A DNA stretch of 64,000 nucleotides from Spirochaetaceae bacterium (GCA_051531975.1 JAOPTT010000008.1:1-64000); one strand, 5' to 3'; positions 30,758 to 40,885 are shown, counted from the first letter of the stretch. A program made the numbers and translations. Notes: generated from the sequence alone by a model not told the origin.

Positions 30758-31732
30758 ATGGAATATAATAGATTAGGAAACTCTGGTTTAAAAGTTAGTG
30801 AATTATCTTTTGGGTCTTGGGTTACTTTTAATGATTCTTCAGGTATAGAATCAGCAAAAAAATGTATGAGAACAGCCTTTGAAGCCGGTGTTAACTTTTT
30901 TGACAATGCAGAAGTTTATTCTGAGGGCCAAGCAGAAATAATAATGGGTCAGGCTCTAAAAGATTTTAATAGGCAAGAATTAGTATTATCTACTAAAATA
31001 TTTTGGGGTGGAAAAAGACCAAATCAGACAGGCTTAAGTAGAAAACATATAATTGAGGGTACAAGAAATTCATTAAAAAGGTTTAATTTAGAATATGTAG
31101 ACCTTCTTTATTGCCATAGACCGGATCCTAATACTCCAATTGAAGAGACTGTTAGAGCCATGAACTGGTGTATTGAACAAGGGTATGCACTGTATTGGGG
31201 AACTTCCATGTGGAGTTATAATGAACTTAAAGAAGCTTTTGAGATCTGTGATCGTCTAGGACTAATAAGACCTACAATGGAGCAACCTGAATATAATATG
31301 TTTGTTAGAAATAAAGTAGAAACTGAATTTAAACCTTTGTATGAAGAATATAATTTAGGAACAACAATTTGGAGCCCGCTAGCTTCAGGGATTTTAACAG
31401 GAAAATATAATAATGGCATTCCAAAAGGTTCAAGGTTAGATAGTGTAGATTGGCTTAAAGATATGTTTCAAAACGAAGGTGGACTATTATCTGGAACTGA
31501 GGCTATAGAAAAGGTTAAGCTTATTACTGAGATTGCAAATGATCTAAGCTGTACTACGGCTCAACTTGCTTTAGCATGGTGCCTAATGAACCCGAATGTA
31601 TCAACTGTAATTACAGGTGCAAGTAGAGATGAACAAGTTATGGAAAACATGAAAGCCATAGATGTGAAAGTCAAACTTACAGATGATATAATGAAGTCAA
31701 TTGATTCAATACTTGGTGAAGCTTCAAAATAG
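30758..31732 (+). CDS. Aldo/keto reductase (Kv-beta-like)
   Basis: [42 protein letters not shown]. Confidence 0.92.
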   Translation: MEYNRLGNSGLKVSELSFGSWVTFNDSSGIESAKKCMRTAFEAGVNFFDNAEVYSEGQAEIIMGQALKDFNRQELVLSTKIFWGGKRPNQTGLSRKHIIEGTRNSLKRFNLEYVDLLYCHRPDPNTPIEETVRAMNWCIEQGYALYWGTSMWSYNELKEAFEICDRLGLIRPTMEQPEYNMFVRNKVETEFKPLYEEYNLGTTIWSPLASGILTGKYNNGIPKGSRLDSVDWLKDMFQNEGGLLSGTEAIEKVKLITEIANDLSCTTAQLALAWCLMNPNVSTVITGASRDEQVMENMKAIDVKVKLTDDIMKSIDSILGEASK

Positions 31733-31740
31733 TATAAGTA

Positions 31741-32958
31741 TTACAAGTTATCAAATGGGCTAATTACACTTAATTTATTTTTACTAGCTACGTGGGTATA
31801 AATCATTGTAGTGCTGACATTTGAGTGTCCTAATAGCTCTTGTATTGTTCTAATATCGTAACCAGCCTCAACTAAATGGGTAGCAAAACTATGCCTAAGT
31901 GTATGTATTGATGCTCTTTTAGTAACTGAGGACTGTAATAATGCTGAATGAAATGTTTTTTGTAAAGTACTAGGATATAAATGATACCGACGTATGATAT
32001 TTGTTCTTGGATCTATAGAAAGTTTATTCGAAGGAAATATCCAAAACCATAACCAATCTATTCCTGCATTAGGAAATTTTCTAGATAGAGCACTAGGTAA
32101 TTCGACTCCACATACGTTATTATCTCTATCCTTTATATGTAATACTTTAACTGTCGTTATATGTTTTTCTATATAACTTACTAAATACTGAGGTAATATA
32201 GTAACTCTGTCCCTATTACCCTTAGCAGATCTAATAGTTATAGTTCCACATTCAAAATCTATATCCTTTATTCGTAGATTTAGACACTCTTCTAACCGTA
32301 AACCTGCGCCGTATATTAGTTGTAACATAATAAGTTTAACACCATCGATGTTTCTAAAAATACATTTTATCTCATTCCCAGTTAAAACAACTGGTAGTTT
32401 TTTACTTAATGATGATTTTACTACACTATTTAAATTTTCGACTTCTAGATTCAGTACAAATCGGCACATAAATAACAATGAATTAAAAGCTTGTTTTTGT
32501 GTAGATGCAGCAACTTCTCTTGTTACTGCTAAATATGTTAAGTACCGTTTTAAATCAGCTAAAACTACTTTATTAGGGTTATTATCTTTAAAAAATGATA
32601 TGAAATCTTTAATCCAAAATAAATATGTCTTCTCGGTATTATATGATTTATGTTGAAACCTTAATTCTAATTTAACTTTTTGTACAACATCATCCCAGGT
32701 TATTGTCTTAATTTCTTCGTTATCCTTCTGGTTTAATGAGTATAACTTTTTATATTGCTGTAGATATAAAATAGCCTTCCTTGCTTGTTTAGTTTTCCAT
32801 AGGTCGTGGTTAATGCTCAGGTTTTCAAGGAACTCTTTACTATAGTCCCCTATTGTTGAATCTCCAAACCTCTTATATAATTCCACCCAATATTCAAAAT
32901 ACTGAACTTTATCCTCACGAACACCTTTCTCTTTACATATATACTCGCTATAAGTCAT
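31741..32958 (-). CDS. intI: Integron integrase with N-terminal extension
   Basis: YGAGLR, KGNRDR, integron-specific insert [46 protein letters not shown] 32958 has a GGAGG RBS. Confidence 0.95.
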   Translation of the reverse strand: MTYSEYICKEKGVREDKVQYFEYWVELYKRFGDSTIGDYSKEFLENLSINHDLWKTKQARKAILYLQQYKKLYSLNQKDNEEIKTITWDDVVQKVKLELRFQHKSYNTEKTYLFWIKDFISFFKDNNPNKVVLADLKRYLTYLAVTREVAASTQKQAFNSLLFMCRFVLNLEVENLNSVVKSSLSKKLPVVLTGNEIKCIFRNIDGVKLIMLQLIYGAGLRLEECLNLRIKDIDFECGTITIRSAKGNRDRVTILPQYLVSYIEKHITTVKVLHIKDRDNNVCGVELPSALSRKFPNAGIDWLWFWIFPSNKLSIDPRTNIIRRYHLYPSTLQKTFHSALLQSSVTKRASIHTLRHSFATHLVEAGYDIRTIQELLGHSNVSTTMIYTHVASKNKLSVISPFDNL

Positions 32959-33076
32959 GTTATCTTGCCTCCACATAACCTTATATTAAAGTTTTTTATA
33001 GTGCTTCAAAAAATGTTAAGATTTTTTAATAAAAAATCATTAAACTTAATTAAAGCTGAGAACTGGGGAAAACAAG

Positions 33077-33096
33077 TGATCTAATATGTTATGTGT
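33077..33096 (+). other. attI: attI site (crossover G|TT at 33088/33089)
   Basis: GTTATGTGT at 33088-33096 is the exact reverse complement of ACACATAAC opening the first attC; lies between the intI start and the first cassette ORF. Confidence 0.8.
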
Positions 33097-33168
33097 ACTT
33101 AAAATTTAGGATATACGTAATTAATATATGACTTTGATTTTTAGAAAATTGAAGGTAGTATATAAAGA

Positions 33169-33660
33169 ATGAAAATAATATTAATAATAATGTTAATTGT
33201 TGGAACCACACAATTATTATATTCATTTGAATATGATCCTAGTTATTATATTATAAACCCAACATATGGAAATGTAACTATAACAGTTGTAATTTACGAA
33301 GATTTAATCGATTTATTTAAAGACTCTACATTGCCTACAAGTTATTCTCATTATGATATAGAAATAAATAAGGATATCGAAGATAAATTAACTAATAAAT
33401 TGAAGATAGAACAAGTTGATAATGTTTTCACAATAATTGTTCCACCTCGTAGTTTAGCTTTTATTGGACATTATTCTTCTCCATTTAACAAATCAATTAA
33501 GGAATTCAAAATAACATCAAATAACTATAATATTAATTATGAAATAACAAATAAAAAGAATGGTCTATTAGATTTGTATAAAATATTTAAACTTGATTAT
33601 ATAGATTTAGGTTTTTTAAAACAGGACAGATTTCTTGCTTATTATTTTTTGGAGATTTAA
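33169..33660 (+). CDS. Cassette 1 ORF A, secreted hypothetical protein
   Basis: Signal-peptide-like N terminus; no recognised motif. Confidence 0.65.
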   Translation: MKIILIIMLIVGTTQLLYSFEYDPSYYIINPTYGNVTITVVIYEDLIDLFKDSTLPTSYSHYDIEINKDIEDKLTNKLKIEQVDNVFTIIVPPRSLAFIGHYSSPFNKSIKEFKITSNNYNINYEITNKKNGLLDLYKIFKLDYIDLGFLKQDRFLAYYFLEI

Positions 33661-33662
33661 TT

Positions 33663-34559
33663 ATGATAAAACTTAGAATTATCAAATTTATTGCAATTTC
33701 TATTCTTTTAACAACAAATTCATTTATTTTTTCTCATGGATTTCAAGAGAATTTTTTACCTGAAGTAAATGGCAATGTTAAAGTTATAAAGGAATATGAA
33801 AAAAAAGAACCTCTAGTTGAATTAATTTATAATGAAAATAATTTACTATCAAATATCATATATTTTAATAAAAAAACTAACCTTTATAGCTATGAAGATC
33901 AGTTTTTATCAAATACAACTTTATATAATGAAATACTGAATAATTTAAAAAAAATAAAATTAAAAACTTCTTATTATGTAATCTATATCATTGTAGAAAA
34001 CGAGAAATTAATACGAGAAGATCATTATAAAATCAAAGATAAAAAAGAAATATTTAACTTTTCAAAATATTATGAATTTGATAATGATTTAAAACTACTT
34101 AGATCATATTACTTAGAAAATGACCAAGAATATTTTGTACAACAGTTTGTATATAATAATGAAATAGATCTTAAATTTCCAAAACTTAATTTAGTTAATT
34201 TAACTAAATTAAGCGACTATGACGAATTTAATTATAGAATCTATATAAGTCATATATTTAAAATTGGTACTAATGGTAAAAAAGAACATGTATTATTTCA
34301 AAATATTGCTTCTGATAATTATTGTGATAGAGAAAAATTACAAAATATTGACGATCATATTAGATCGTTAAGCATTAATTCTTATAAGTTTAATTCAGAT
34401 GGTAATATTGAGTCATATATTATATATAATAGCGATGGATCGATAATGGGAGAATATGATTATTCTTATTTTTATGATAAAAATGAAAATTGGATAAAAA
34501 AAGAAATAATTTTTAATAATGAAATCTATAAATCTTTTACCAGACAATTAGTGTATTAA
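33663..34559 (+). CDS. Cassette 1 ORF B, secreted protein with YD-repeat-like motifs
   Basis: Signal peptide; VNGNVKVIKE, YKFNSDGN, YFYDKNENWIKK. Confidence 0.65.
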   Translation: MIKLRIIKFIAISILLTTNSFIFSHGFQENFLPEVNGNVKVIKEYEKKEPLVELIYNENNLLSNIIYFNKKTNLYSYEDQFLSNTTLYNEILNNLKKIKLKTSYYVIYIIVENEKLIREDHYKIKDKKEIFNFSKYYEFDNDLKLLRSYYLENDQEYFVQQFVYNNEIDLKFPKLNLVNLTKLSDYDEFNYRIYISHIFKIGTNGKKEHVLFQNIASDNYCDREKLQNIDDHIRSLSINSYKFNSDGNIESYIIYNSDGSIMGEYDYSYFYDKNENWIKKEIIFNNEIYKSFTRQLVY

Positions 34560-34566
34560 CGAAAAC

Positions 34567-34677
34567 ACATAACAAAAAATTGGAATGGAAAATTATTTTG
34601 TCATGATTCCTGCAAATAAAATGCAGGAATCACGCCAACCCTACGGGTCATAATTTCCACTCAATTCGGCGTTATGA
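34567..34677 (+). repeat. attC: attC site 1
   Basis: ACATAAC...GTTATGA; arms TTGGAATGGAAAATTAT/ATAATTTCCACTCAA; inner hairpins TGATTCCTGCA/TGCAGGAATCA and ACCC-TAC-GGGT. Confidence 0.92.
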
Positions 34678-34794
34678 AGACTCTAAATAGATATAAATTT
34701 ATTTATAAATTAAAATCTCCCAAATACTAAAAAATGTTTTTAAAAAACACCAAAAATATTATATTATGCTTTAAAGTATTGAAAAGAGGATAAA

Positions 34795-35958
34795 ATGAAA
34801 CCAAAAATATTTATAAGTTCAACTTGTTATGATTTATCACAAATTCGGCAGGATATATCTGATTTTTTTAATTCTTTAGGATTCACACCAATACTTTCAG
34901 ATAAGAGTAGTTTTCCTATAAATCCTAATAATGATACATTAACCAACTGTATTGAGAATGTAAGAAATAATGCTGATTTATTTATTTTAATAATAGGTAA
35001 CAGATATGGTAGTATTGTACATGATGATAAATCGATTACAAATATGGAATATAGAGCAGCAAAAAAGAAAGGTATTCCTATATATATATTTACTTTAAAA
35101 CAGGTATTAACAACCTATGAATTTTGGAATAAAAATAAAACAGGGAACTTCGAAGGTTTAGTTGATAACGTTTCTCTATTTGAATTTATAAAAGAAGTTA
35201 GAATAACTGATAAGAATTGGTGCTTTGAATTTGAAAATGCAAATGACATAAAACAATGCTTGAAAGATCAAATATCCTATTTATTCAAGAATTTATTAGA
35301 TGAGAGATGTAAAAATATTATAGAAATAGATGATTTTCTAATAAATAATATCTCACCATCAGCAAGAAAAATTTTAATACAAGAGGAAGATGCTTACGAA
35401 TTTGATTTTTTTTATCAAGTTCTTTTAGATGAATTTAATAAAATAGAATTATTACAAAAACAATATGAATACGAATTACTATTTCAAAGCCTAACCCATA
35501 TAAGTGATCCTGTAACATTATCTAATTGGGCCAGAAAACATCTAAACTCTATGACTAATTTTTCAAAAAGTTTTATTACGATTCTTAATAATCAATTAAA
35601 TATTTACTTTGGTGAACCTGGTGAACCTGCGGATCTAAATGGATTATTTTTAGTTGCATGTACAATATCAAAATTATTAAAAGAAATGATTAATTGTTCT
35701 CTTGAAATAAAAAGTACAAGTGTTGAAGATGAAATGTTAAATTTGAGAGATATGCTTGGAAAGTATTTAAGTAATGCAATAGAGATGGTACAACGTTTCC
35801 CAATTAACTTTAAAGAAGACTTGGATGATCTAAAAATGAAAATCTTAAATGGAGAAGATTCTTTTGAATTTGGAAGAACATACACTCTAGAAATTGATGA
35901 GAATCTAATTGATGAATTCGATAAAGAATTAATTCGGTTGGGTACAGTATACTCCTGA
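34795..35958 (+). CDS. Cassette 2, DUF4062-domain protein
   Basis: KIFISSTCYDL..R, FILIIGNRYGS, SITNMEYRAA. Confidence 0.8.
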   Translation: MKPKIFISSTCYDLSQIRQDISDFFNSLGFTPILSDKSSFPINPNNDTLTNCIENVRNNADLFILIIGNRYGSIVHDDKSITNMEYRAAKKKGIPIYIFTLKQVLTTYEFWNKNKTGNFEGLVDNVSLFEFIKEVRITDKNWCFEFENANDIKQCLKDQISYLFKNLLDERCKNIIEIDDFLINNISPSARKILIQEEDAYEFDFFYQVLLDEFNKIELLQKQYEYELLFQSLTHISDPVTLSNWARKHLNSMTNFSKSFITILNNQLNIYFGEPGEPADLNGLFLVACTISKLLKEMINCSLEIKSTSVEDEMLNLRDMLGKYLSNAIEMVQRFPINFKEDLDDLKMKILNGEDSFEFGRTYTLEIDENLIDEFDKELIRLGTVYS

Positions 35959-35964
35959 GAAGCT

Positions 35965-36074
35965 ACATAACAAACGATTGGAATGGCAAAGTTATTTGTC
36001 ACACTCTCTGCAAAAAAAAGCAGAGAATGCGCCAATCCTACGGAACTAACTTTCCACTCAATCGGCCGTTAAAT
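35965..36074 (+). repeat. attC: attC site 2
   Basis: ACATAAC...GTTAAAT; same architecture, TCTCTGC/GCAGAGA and TCC-TAC-GGA hairpins. Confidence 0.92.
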
Positions 36075-36203
36075 AGACTTTTGAATAGATATAATTTTAA
36101 CGATATGAGATAGTACTTAAAATTGTTTAACATATTATTAAAAATAAAGAAATTATGTACCCTAATACCAGATCATATAAAGGATTTATAAGATAATTAG
36201 AAG

Positions 36204-36372
36204 AGAATAAAGAACGAAACCTATGGTAATGGTGCATATAGTTTTATAGGTTTATCATATATTTTGTTATACAGTAGAATTGAGAAAGAAACCTACGGTA
36301 ATAACACAATTAGTTTTATAGGTTTATCAGAAGTTCTGATATACAGCAGAATTGATAATATAACCTACGGTG
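36204..36372. repeat. 72-bp tandem repeat (about 2.3 copies) inside cassette 3
   Basis: AACCTAYGGT at 36218, 36290 and 36362; shared TAGTTTTATAGGTTTATCA and TATACAGYAGAATTGA. Confidence 0.85.
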
Positions 36373-36404
36373 ACCAAAGCACGAATATCTATATTAATTA
36401 TAAA

Positions 36405-36432
36405 TTGATCAAACAAAATTATTGACTATAAT
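36405..36432 (+). promoter_or_regulatory. Putative cassette-internal sigma70 promoter
   Basis: TTGATC-N16-TATAAT upstream of the lysE-like gene; AT-rich context lowers specificity. Confidence 0.4.
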
Positions 36433-36544
36433 ATATGGTTGAAGTTTTATTAAATTGTTATTTAAACTACATATTCTTTTTATCTTAATTTTACTGTTTA
36501 AATATTGGTAATAATGCAATATATTTACTTAATAGGAGTGTAAA

Positions 36545-37153
36545 ATGATTAGTCTTAGTTTTATCTTAACATCTATCATTGTCATTATTATACCTGGTAC
36601 TGGAGCTATTTATACTATAACTACTGGTCTTGCAGGAAATAAACGAAATGCCATTTATGCAGCATTAGGTTGTACATTAGGGATTGTTCCTCACATTTTT
36701 GCTGGAATCGTAGGAATATCAGCAATTTTAAATACAAGTGCCCAATTATTTAAAATTGTTAAGATAATTGGTGTTATTTATCTTCTTTATCTTGGTATTG
36801 GATTATTAAGATCAAAAAGTGAAATTAAAATTGAAGAAGGACAAAATGAAGTAACTTCAAAAATAATTATAAAAGCAATACTATTAAATTTACTAAATCC
36901 AAAATTAACAATTTTCTTCCTATCATTTTTACCTCAATTTATTAACCCATCAGGAATGAGTTCAAATTATCAAATGGTAATATTAAGTTTAATTTTTATG
37001 ATTTTGACTTTTGTTGTTTTTATTACTTATGGTATTTTAGCAAATTCATTTAAGAATATTTTAAAAGAATCTCCAAAAATAACTAAAAGAATTCAACAAA
37101 GCTTCGGTGTTATTATAATGGGATTTGCAGCAAAGTTAGCAATTGATAATTAA
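36545..37153 (+). CDS. Cassette 3, LysE/RhtB family translocator
   Basis: IIPGTG, GVIYLLYLG, LNLLNPKLTIFFLSFLPQF. Confidence 0.9.
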   Translation: MISLSFILTSIIVIIIPGTGAIYTITTGLAGNKRNAIYAALGCTLGIVPHIFAGIVGISAILNTSAQLFKIVKIIGVIYLLYLGIGLLRSKSEIKIEEGQNEVTSKIIIKAILLNLLNPKLTIFFLSFLPQFINPSGMSSNYQMVILSLIFMILTFVVFITYGILANSFKNILKESPKITKRIQQSFGVIIMGFAAKLAIDN

Positions 37154-37196
37154 TAATATACATTACAAAGATACTATAAAAAAATAATTGAAAACT

Positions 37197-37306
37197 ATTT
37201 AACAAAGTGTTGGAATGGAAAATTATTTTGTCAGAGTCTGTGCAGAAAAAAGCACAGTCACCGCCAACCCTACGGGTCATAATTTCCACTCAACACGACG
37301 TTATAT
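37197..37306 (+). repeat. attC: attC site 3
   Basis: ATTTAAC...GTTATAT; arms nearly identical to attC1; CTGTGC/GCACAG hairpin. Confidence 0.92.
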
Positions 37307-37422
37307 TTATATAAAATTTTATCGGTATAATTAGTGTCTTTTCAAAAATTATTAAAATTAAATTGAAGATTTATACCTTTACAGTTATTATAATTTACAT
37401 ATTTACTTACATAGGAATTAAA

Positions 37423-38697
37423 ATGAAAAAATATATAATACTTCTATTGTTGTCTATCTTATTTTTATCTTGTACACCAACCAAAGAAATTATTGTAACG
37501 TCTAGAGAAGACTCTATAATTATTTTTAATAATAATGAATTTGATACTAAAGCAATAATTAAAGCTAAACTCAATGAATTAATAAGCATAACCGTTAGAA
37601 AAGACGGTTATATCAGTAAAACAGAAGAATTTGAAATAACAAATGAAATTACTGAAAAATATATTAATATTATTCCTAAACCTATAACTTTAAATATTAC
37701 ATCATCTCATAAAGATTTAGATATATATATAAATAAAAAAAAATACAAAAGCAATTCTATAGAATTAGATCCAGGAAAGTATGAATTAGAAATTGAAAAA
37801 AATGGATATGAAAAATATAGAAAAATGATAGAACTCAATATTGGTGAAATTAATAGAAATATAAATGTTAAACTAGATAAAGAAAAATCTTCAGGATATA
37901 CCATCAATAGAACTAATCCAATTAAATCATTTAGTGGTGAAATTTATTTATCAGAAAAACAAAAATTGTCAAAATGGCATCAAAGAGACACTTCTATAAC
38001 AATAACCAATAATTTTTCTGAAAAGCATTTAGTATCAACAAAATGGTTTGTTCCATTAGATGATCCTGTAAAGTTTTCTAGTAAAATTCTTATGTTTTTT
38101 TCTGATACTGTTTTTTGGTATGGTACTTATCAAAATGGAGCATATATAAAAGGTAATTATGAATTAATAGAAAATAAAGTTAAATTGTATAATATCGTAG
38201 ATGTTATCGATGAAGATGGTTGGCGATTGGAAGATATTTTTTATAATAATGAAGAGATTTATTTAGATATAAACAAAACACCATCTTATAACTACTCTAT
38301 AACCCTTGAAAATGAATTAGGTTTACTTCAGTTCGCAGCTGATGGTACAGAGCCTTTAATAAATGAAAAAATAAATATATGGGGTTTTAATTCTATATTT
38401 GAAAATAAAGCTGGAATAATATCAGCCGAAACACCTGTCTTTTTATCACCTGAAACAAAAGCTACTAATATATATATAGAAGAATTTGGATCTTTACAAC
38501 TTGTGAAAGATGAACAAGGAAATGACGAACATAAATTCATTGAGAGTAAAATAATTTTAAATAAAGATATAGAAATTCAAATTTTAGCAAAATCAGAATT
38601 GTACGATTCATATTTTTGTAGAGTTCCAGTAAAAGATGAATATTATAGATGGGCTAATGCTTGGATTTCTAGTAACAATGTCAAAATAATTAAATAG
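37423..38697 (+). CDS. Cassette 4, PEGA-domain lipoprotein
   Basis: MKKYIILLLLSILFLSC lipobox (ATG 37423); ITVRKDGY and LDPGKYELEIEKNGY PEGA motifs. Confidence 0.78.
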   Translation: MKKYIILLLLSILFLSCTPTKEIIVTSREDSIIIFNNNEFDTKAIIKAKLNELISITVRKDGYISKTEEFEITNEITEKYINIIPKPITLNITSSHKDLDIYINKKKYKSNSIELDPGKYELEIEKNGYEKYRKMIELNIGEINRNINVKLDKEKSSGYTINRTNPIKSFSGEIYLSEKQKLSKWHQRDTSITITNNFSEKHLVSTKWFVPLDDPVKFSSKILMFFSDTVFWYGTYQNGAYIKGNYELIENKVKLYNIVDVIDEDGWRLEDIFYNNEEIYLDINKTPSYNYSITLENELGLLQFAADGTEPLINEKINIWGFNSIFENKAGIISAETPVFLSPETKATNIYIEEFGSLQLVKDEQGNDEHKFIESKIILNKDIEIQILAKSELYDSYFCRVPVKDEYYRWANAWISSNNVKIIK

Positions 38698-38720
38698 AAA
38701 TCAAACACATTCGATATAAA

Positions 38721-38831
38721 ATATAACAAAGAAATTGGAAAAGAAAAGTTATTGTCACAGTCTATGCATGAAAAATACAAAGACTGCGCCAACCCTGCGG
38801 GTCAAACTTTCTTCTCTATTCGACGTTAAAT
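38721..38831 (+). repeat. attC: attC site 4
   Basis: ATATAAC...GTTAAAT; CAGTCT/AGACTG and ACCC-TGC-GGGT hairpins. Confidence 0.88.
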
Positions 38832-38881
38832 TCACAAAAATTTATTTTACAAAAGAAGTTATATCAATTACTCTAAGGTTT

Positions 38882-40342
38882 ATGAAAAAAACAACTTTAT
38901 GTGTCATCATTATATTAATTGTATCTTGTCAAAAAACACTAGATATTGAAACAGAACCAAGTGGAGCAAAAATTTACTATAACGGTATCGAATTCAATTC
39001 ACCTGCTGAACTAGAGTATTCTGGAAATTCAAACCTACTTATTAAAAAAGAATTTTATAAAGATATTAAATATACTGCTGAAGAAACAAAATTACTATTA
39101 ACAAATAAAAATAACATAAAACTTACACCCAAATTATATTTATTAAAAATTACTAATAGAAATGAGTTAATGGATATAACAATAAATGGAGAGAAAGCTA
39201 AGTATAGAATTGAGCTACCTCATGGTGAACATCAGATTGAAATTAAAAGAGAAGGATATTTTACTTTTAAGCAAACAATATCTATCCCGGATACTAATGA
39301 ATTAAATCCTCAACTAATTGAAATATATATATTAAAAGAAATACCAAAAGGTATTTCTGATATAAAAATAAATAATGACAAAATATATTTAAATACTGAA
39401 TTCTATATACTAAATAACACCAATAGATTTGAACCAGGATATATACCTACAAAAATTTCATTTAAATATAATGATCTATTAATTGATACAACATTACATA
39501 ATATGTATATAAAGAATAGAGTATTAAATCTACAATTAATATTAGATGAATTCATTAATGAAGATAAAAACAAACCAAAGGTCATTATTGAAAGTGATTG
39601 GATTAAAGAATTTGAGTCGCCATTTCATCTAAAAAAGCTATTTTCAGGACCGACTGGATTTGAAAATATGCCAGATGTACTTATAAAAGGTGATAATAAA
39701 ATTATACAAAAGCCCTTAAATTTATTTCCTCATTTGTCTATAGCAAACCCAACTTCAGCAGTAATAGGAGCATATTTTATAGCTAAATCTGGAGATTTTG
39801 AAAAGAAATATGAAATTACATCAGAATTTTATAATTCAAATATAGACGAAATGTATGCGGGTGAAGAATATAATCCTGATGGTATTTATACAAAACAAAA
39901 ATTCCTTAAAATAGATAACCTTGACTTAGATGCACCTTTTAATAATGCTGAAATTGAATGTTATTTATATATAAATAATATAGTAACTGATAGTGTCAAA
40001 TTAAAGGTAAATAAAGATGTATATAATAAATTTGGTGATACATCTTATGGAGTATATTCCGATTTAAGGGAATCAATATTTTATCAATCAAAAAATCCAT
40101 CGAAAATACATTATCTTTATTCTGATGAATCTAGGTCAGGAGAATTTTTAATAATATATATGTCAAAAAACAGAGAATACATACCAATATACACTTATAA
40201 AATAGGAGATGTTTCTTCAACACCAGCTAAGATATTATTAGAAGAAAATGATTCCAATAATTATTTTATTCTAATTACTAAAGATTTATCAAATATTGAG
40301 AATTGGTATGCTAGACAATTTAAATATTTTACTGACAAGTAA
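38882..40342 (+). CDS. Cassette 5, PEGA-domain lipoprotein
   Basis: MKKTTLCVIIILIVSC (ATG 38882; ORF-track start lies inside attC4); IETEPSGAKIYYNG, LPHGEHQIEIKREGY. Confidence 0.78.
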   Translation: MKKTTLCVIIILIVSCQKTLDIETEPSGAKIYYNGIEFNSPAELEYSGNSNLLIKKEFYKDIKYTAEETKLLLTNKNNIKLTPKLYLLKITNRNELMDITINGEKAKYRIELPHGEHQIEIKREGYFTFKQTISIPDTNELNPQLIEIYILKEIPKGISDIKINNDKIYLNTEFYILNNTNRFEPGYIPTKISFKYNDLLIDTTLHNMYIKNRVLNLQLILDEFINEDKNKPKVIIESDWIKEFESPFHLKKLFSGPTGFENMPDVLIKGDNKIIQKPLNLFPHLSIANPTSAVIGAYFIAKSGDFEKKYEITSEFYNSNIDEMYAGEEYNPDGIYTKQKFLKIDNLDLDAPFNNAEIECYLYINNIVTDSVKLKVNKDVYNKFGDTSYGVYSDLRESIFYQSKNPSKIHYLYSDESRSGEFLIIYMSKNREYIPIYTYKIGDVSSTPAKILLEENDSNNYFILITKDLSNIENWYARQFKYFTDK

Positions 40343-40472
40343 GATAAAAAATGTTACGAAATTAACCTCGACCAGTCGAGCCATGATCTGATCAAAAGGA
40401 AGGATTAATTAAAAGAAAATTATAAATAATTAAAATCGCGGTACCAATATAGGTCATACGCTTATGATTGGA

Positions 40473-40590
40473 ATTTAACAAACTGTTGGAATATATTTTA
40501 CTGTTTTCACACTATTTGCAGAAAAAGCAAATAATGCGTCAACACCTCCGCTTCGCTCCGGCCGTAAAAATACTCAACACGACGTTATTT
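40473..40590 (+). repeat. attC: attC site 5 (variant)
   Basis: ATTTAAC...GTTATTT; arms TGTTGGAATATATTTTAC/GTAAAAATACTCAACA; TATTTGC/GCAAATA hairpin and GCTTCGC loop. Confidence 0.88.
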
Positions 40591-40885
40591 AGGGTATAAA
40601 AATTTATTCAATAGGTATGGATAAGTAAATATTATAATAATAACCATACTTATCGCTTATATATTCAGCATTAGATAAAATATTTCTTACATCTACTTTC
40701 TCATTATTTAAAGTATATATTTCAAATATTTTAAAATAATTATTAAATTTATCAAAACTAAATTGAAAATTATCAGTAAGTGCGTAATCATTATATACTA
40801 TGTAATTATAGTTTTGCATAATATAATAATTGTTATGATTGTAATCTAATTACTATTGTATTACAATTTGTTATACGAGGTAATA

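Noticed and set aside
35604..36035. 143-aa antisense ORF starting within attC2
   Set aside because: Shadow of the DUF4062 gene; no RBS or motif
36204..36372. 72-bp repeats as a CRISPR array
   Set aside because: Only about 2.3 units, variable parts are short and related, and there are no cas genes in the window
38735..38881. ORF-track N-terminal extension of the cassette 5 gene
   Set aside because: Lies inside attC4; the lipoprotein signal starts at ATG 38882
40365..40470. Short inverted repeats (CTCGAC/GTCGAG, TCATA/TATGA) before attC5 as an ncRNA
   Set aside because: Stems are too short and there is no second copy
34567..40590. attC repeats as REP/MITE elements or plain terminators
   Set aside because: AAC/GTT cores, cassette-wise complementarity and the adjacent intI fit attC better
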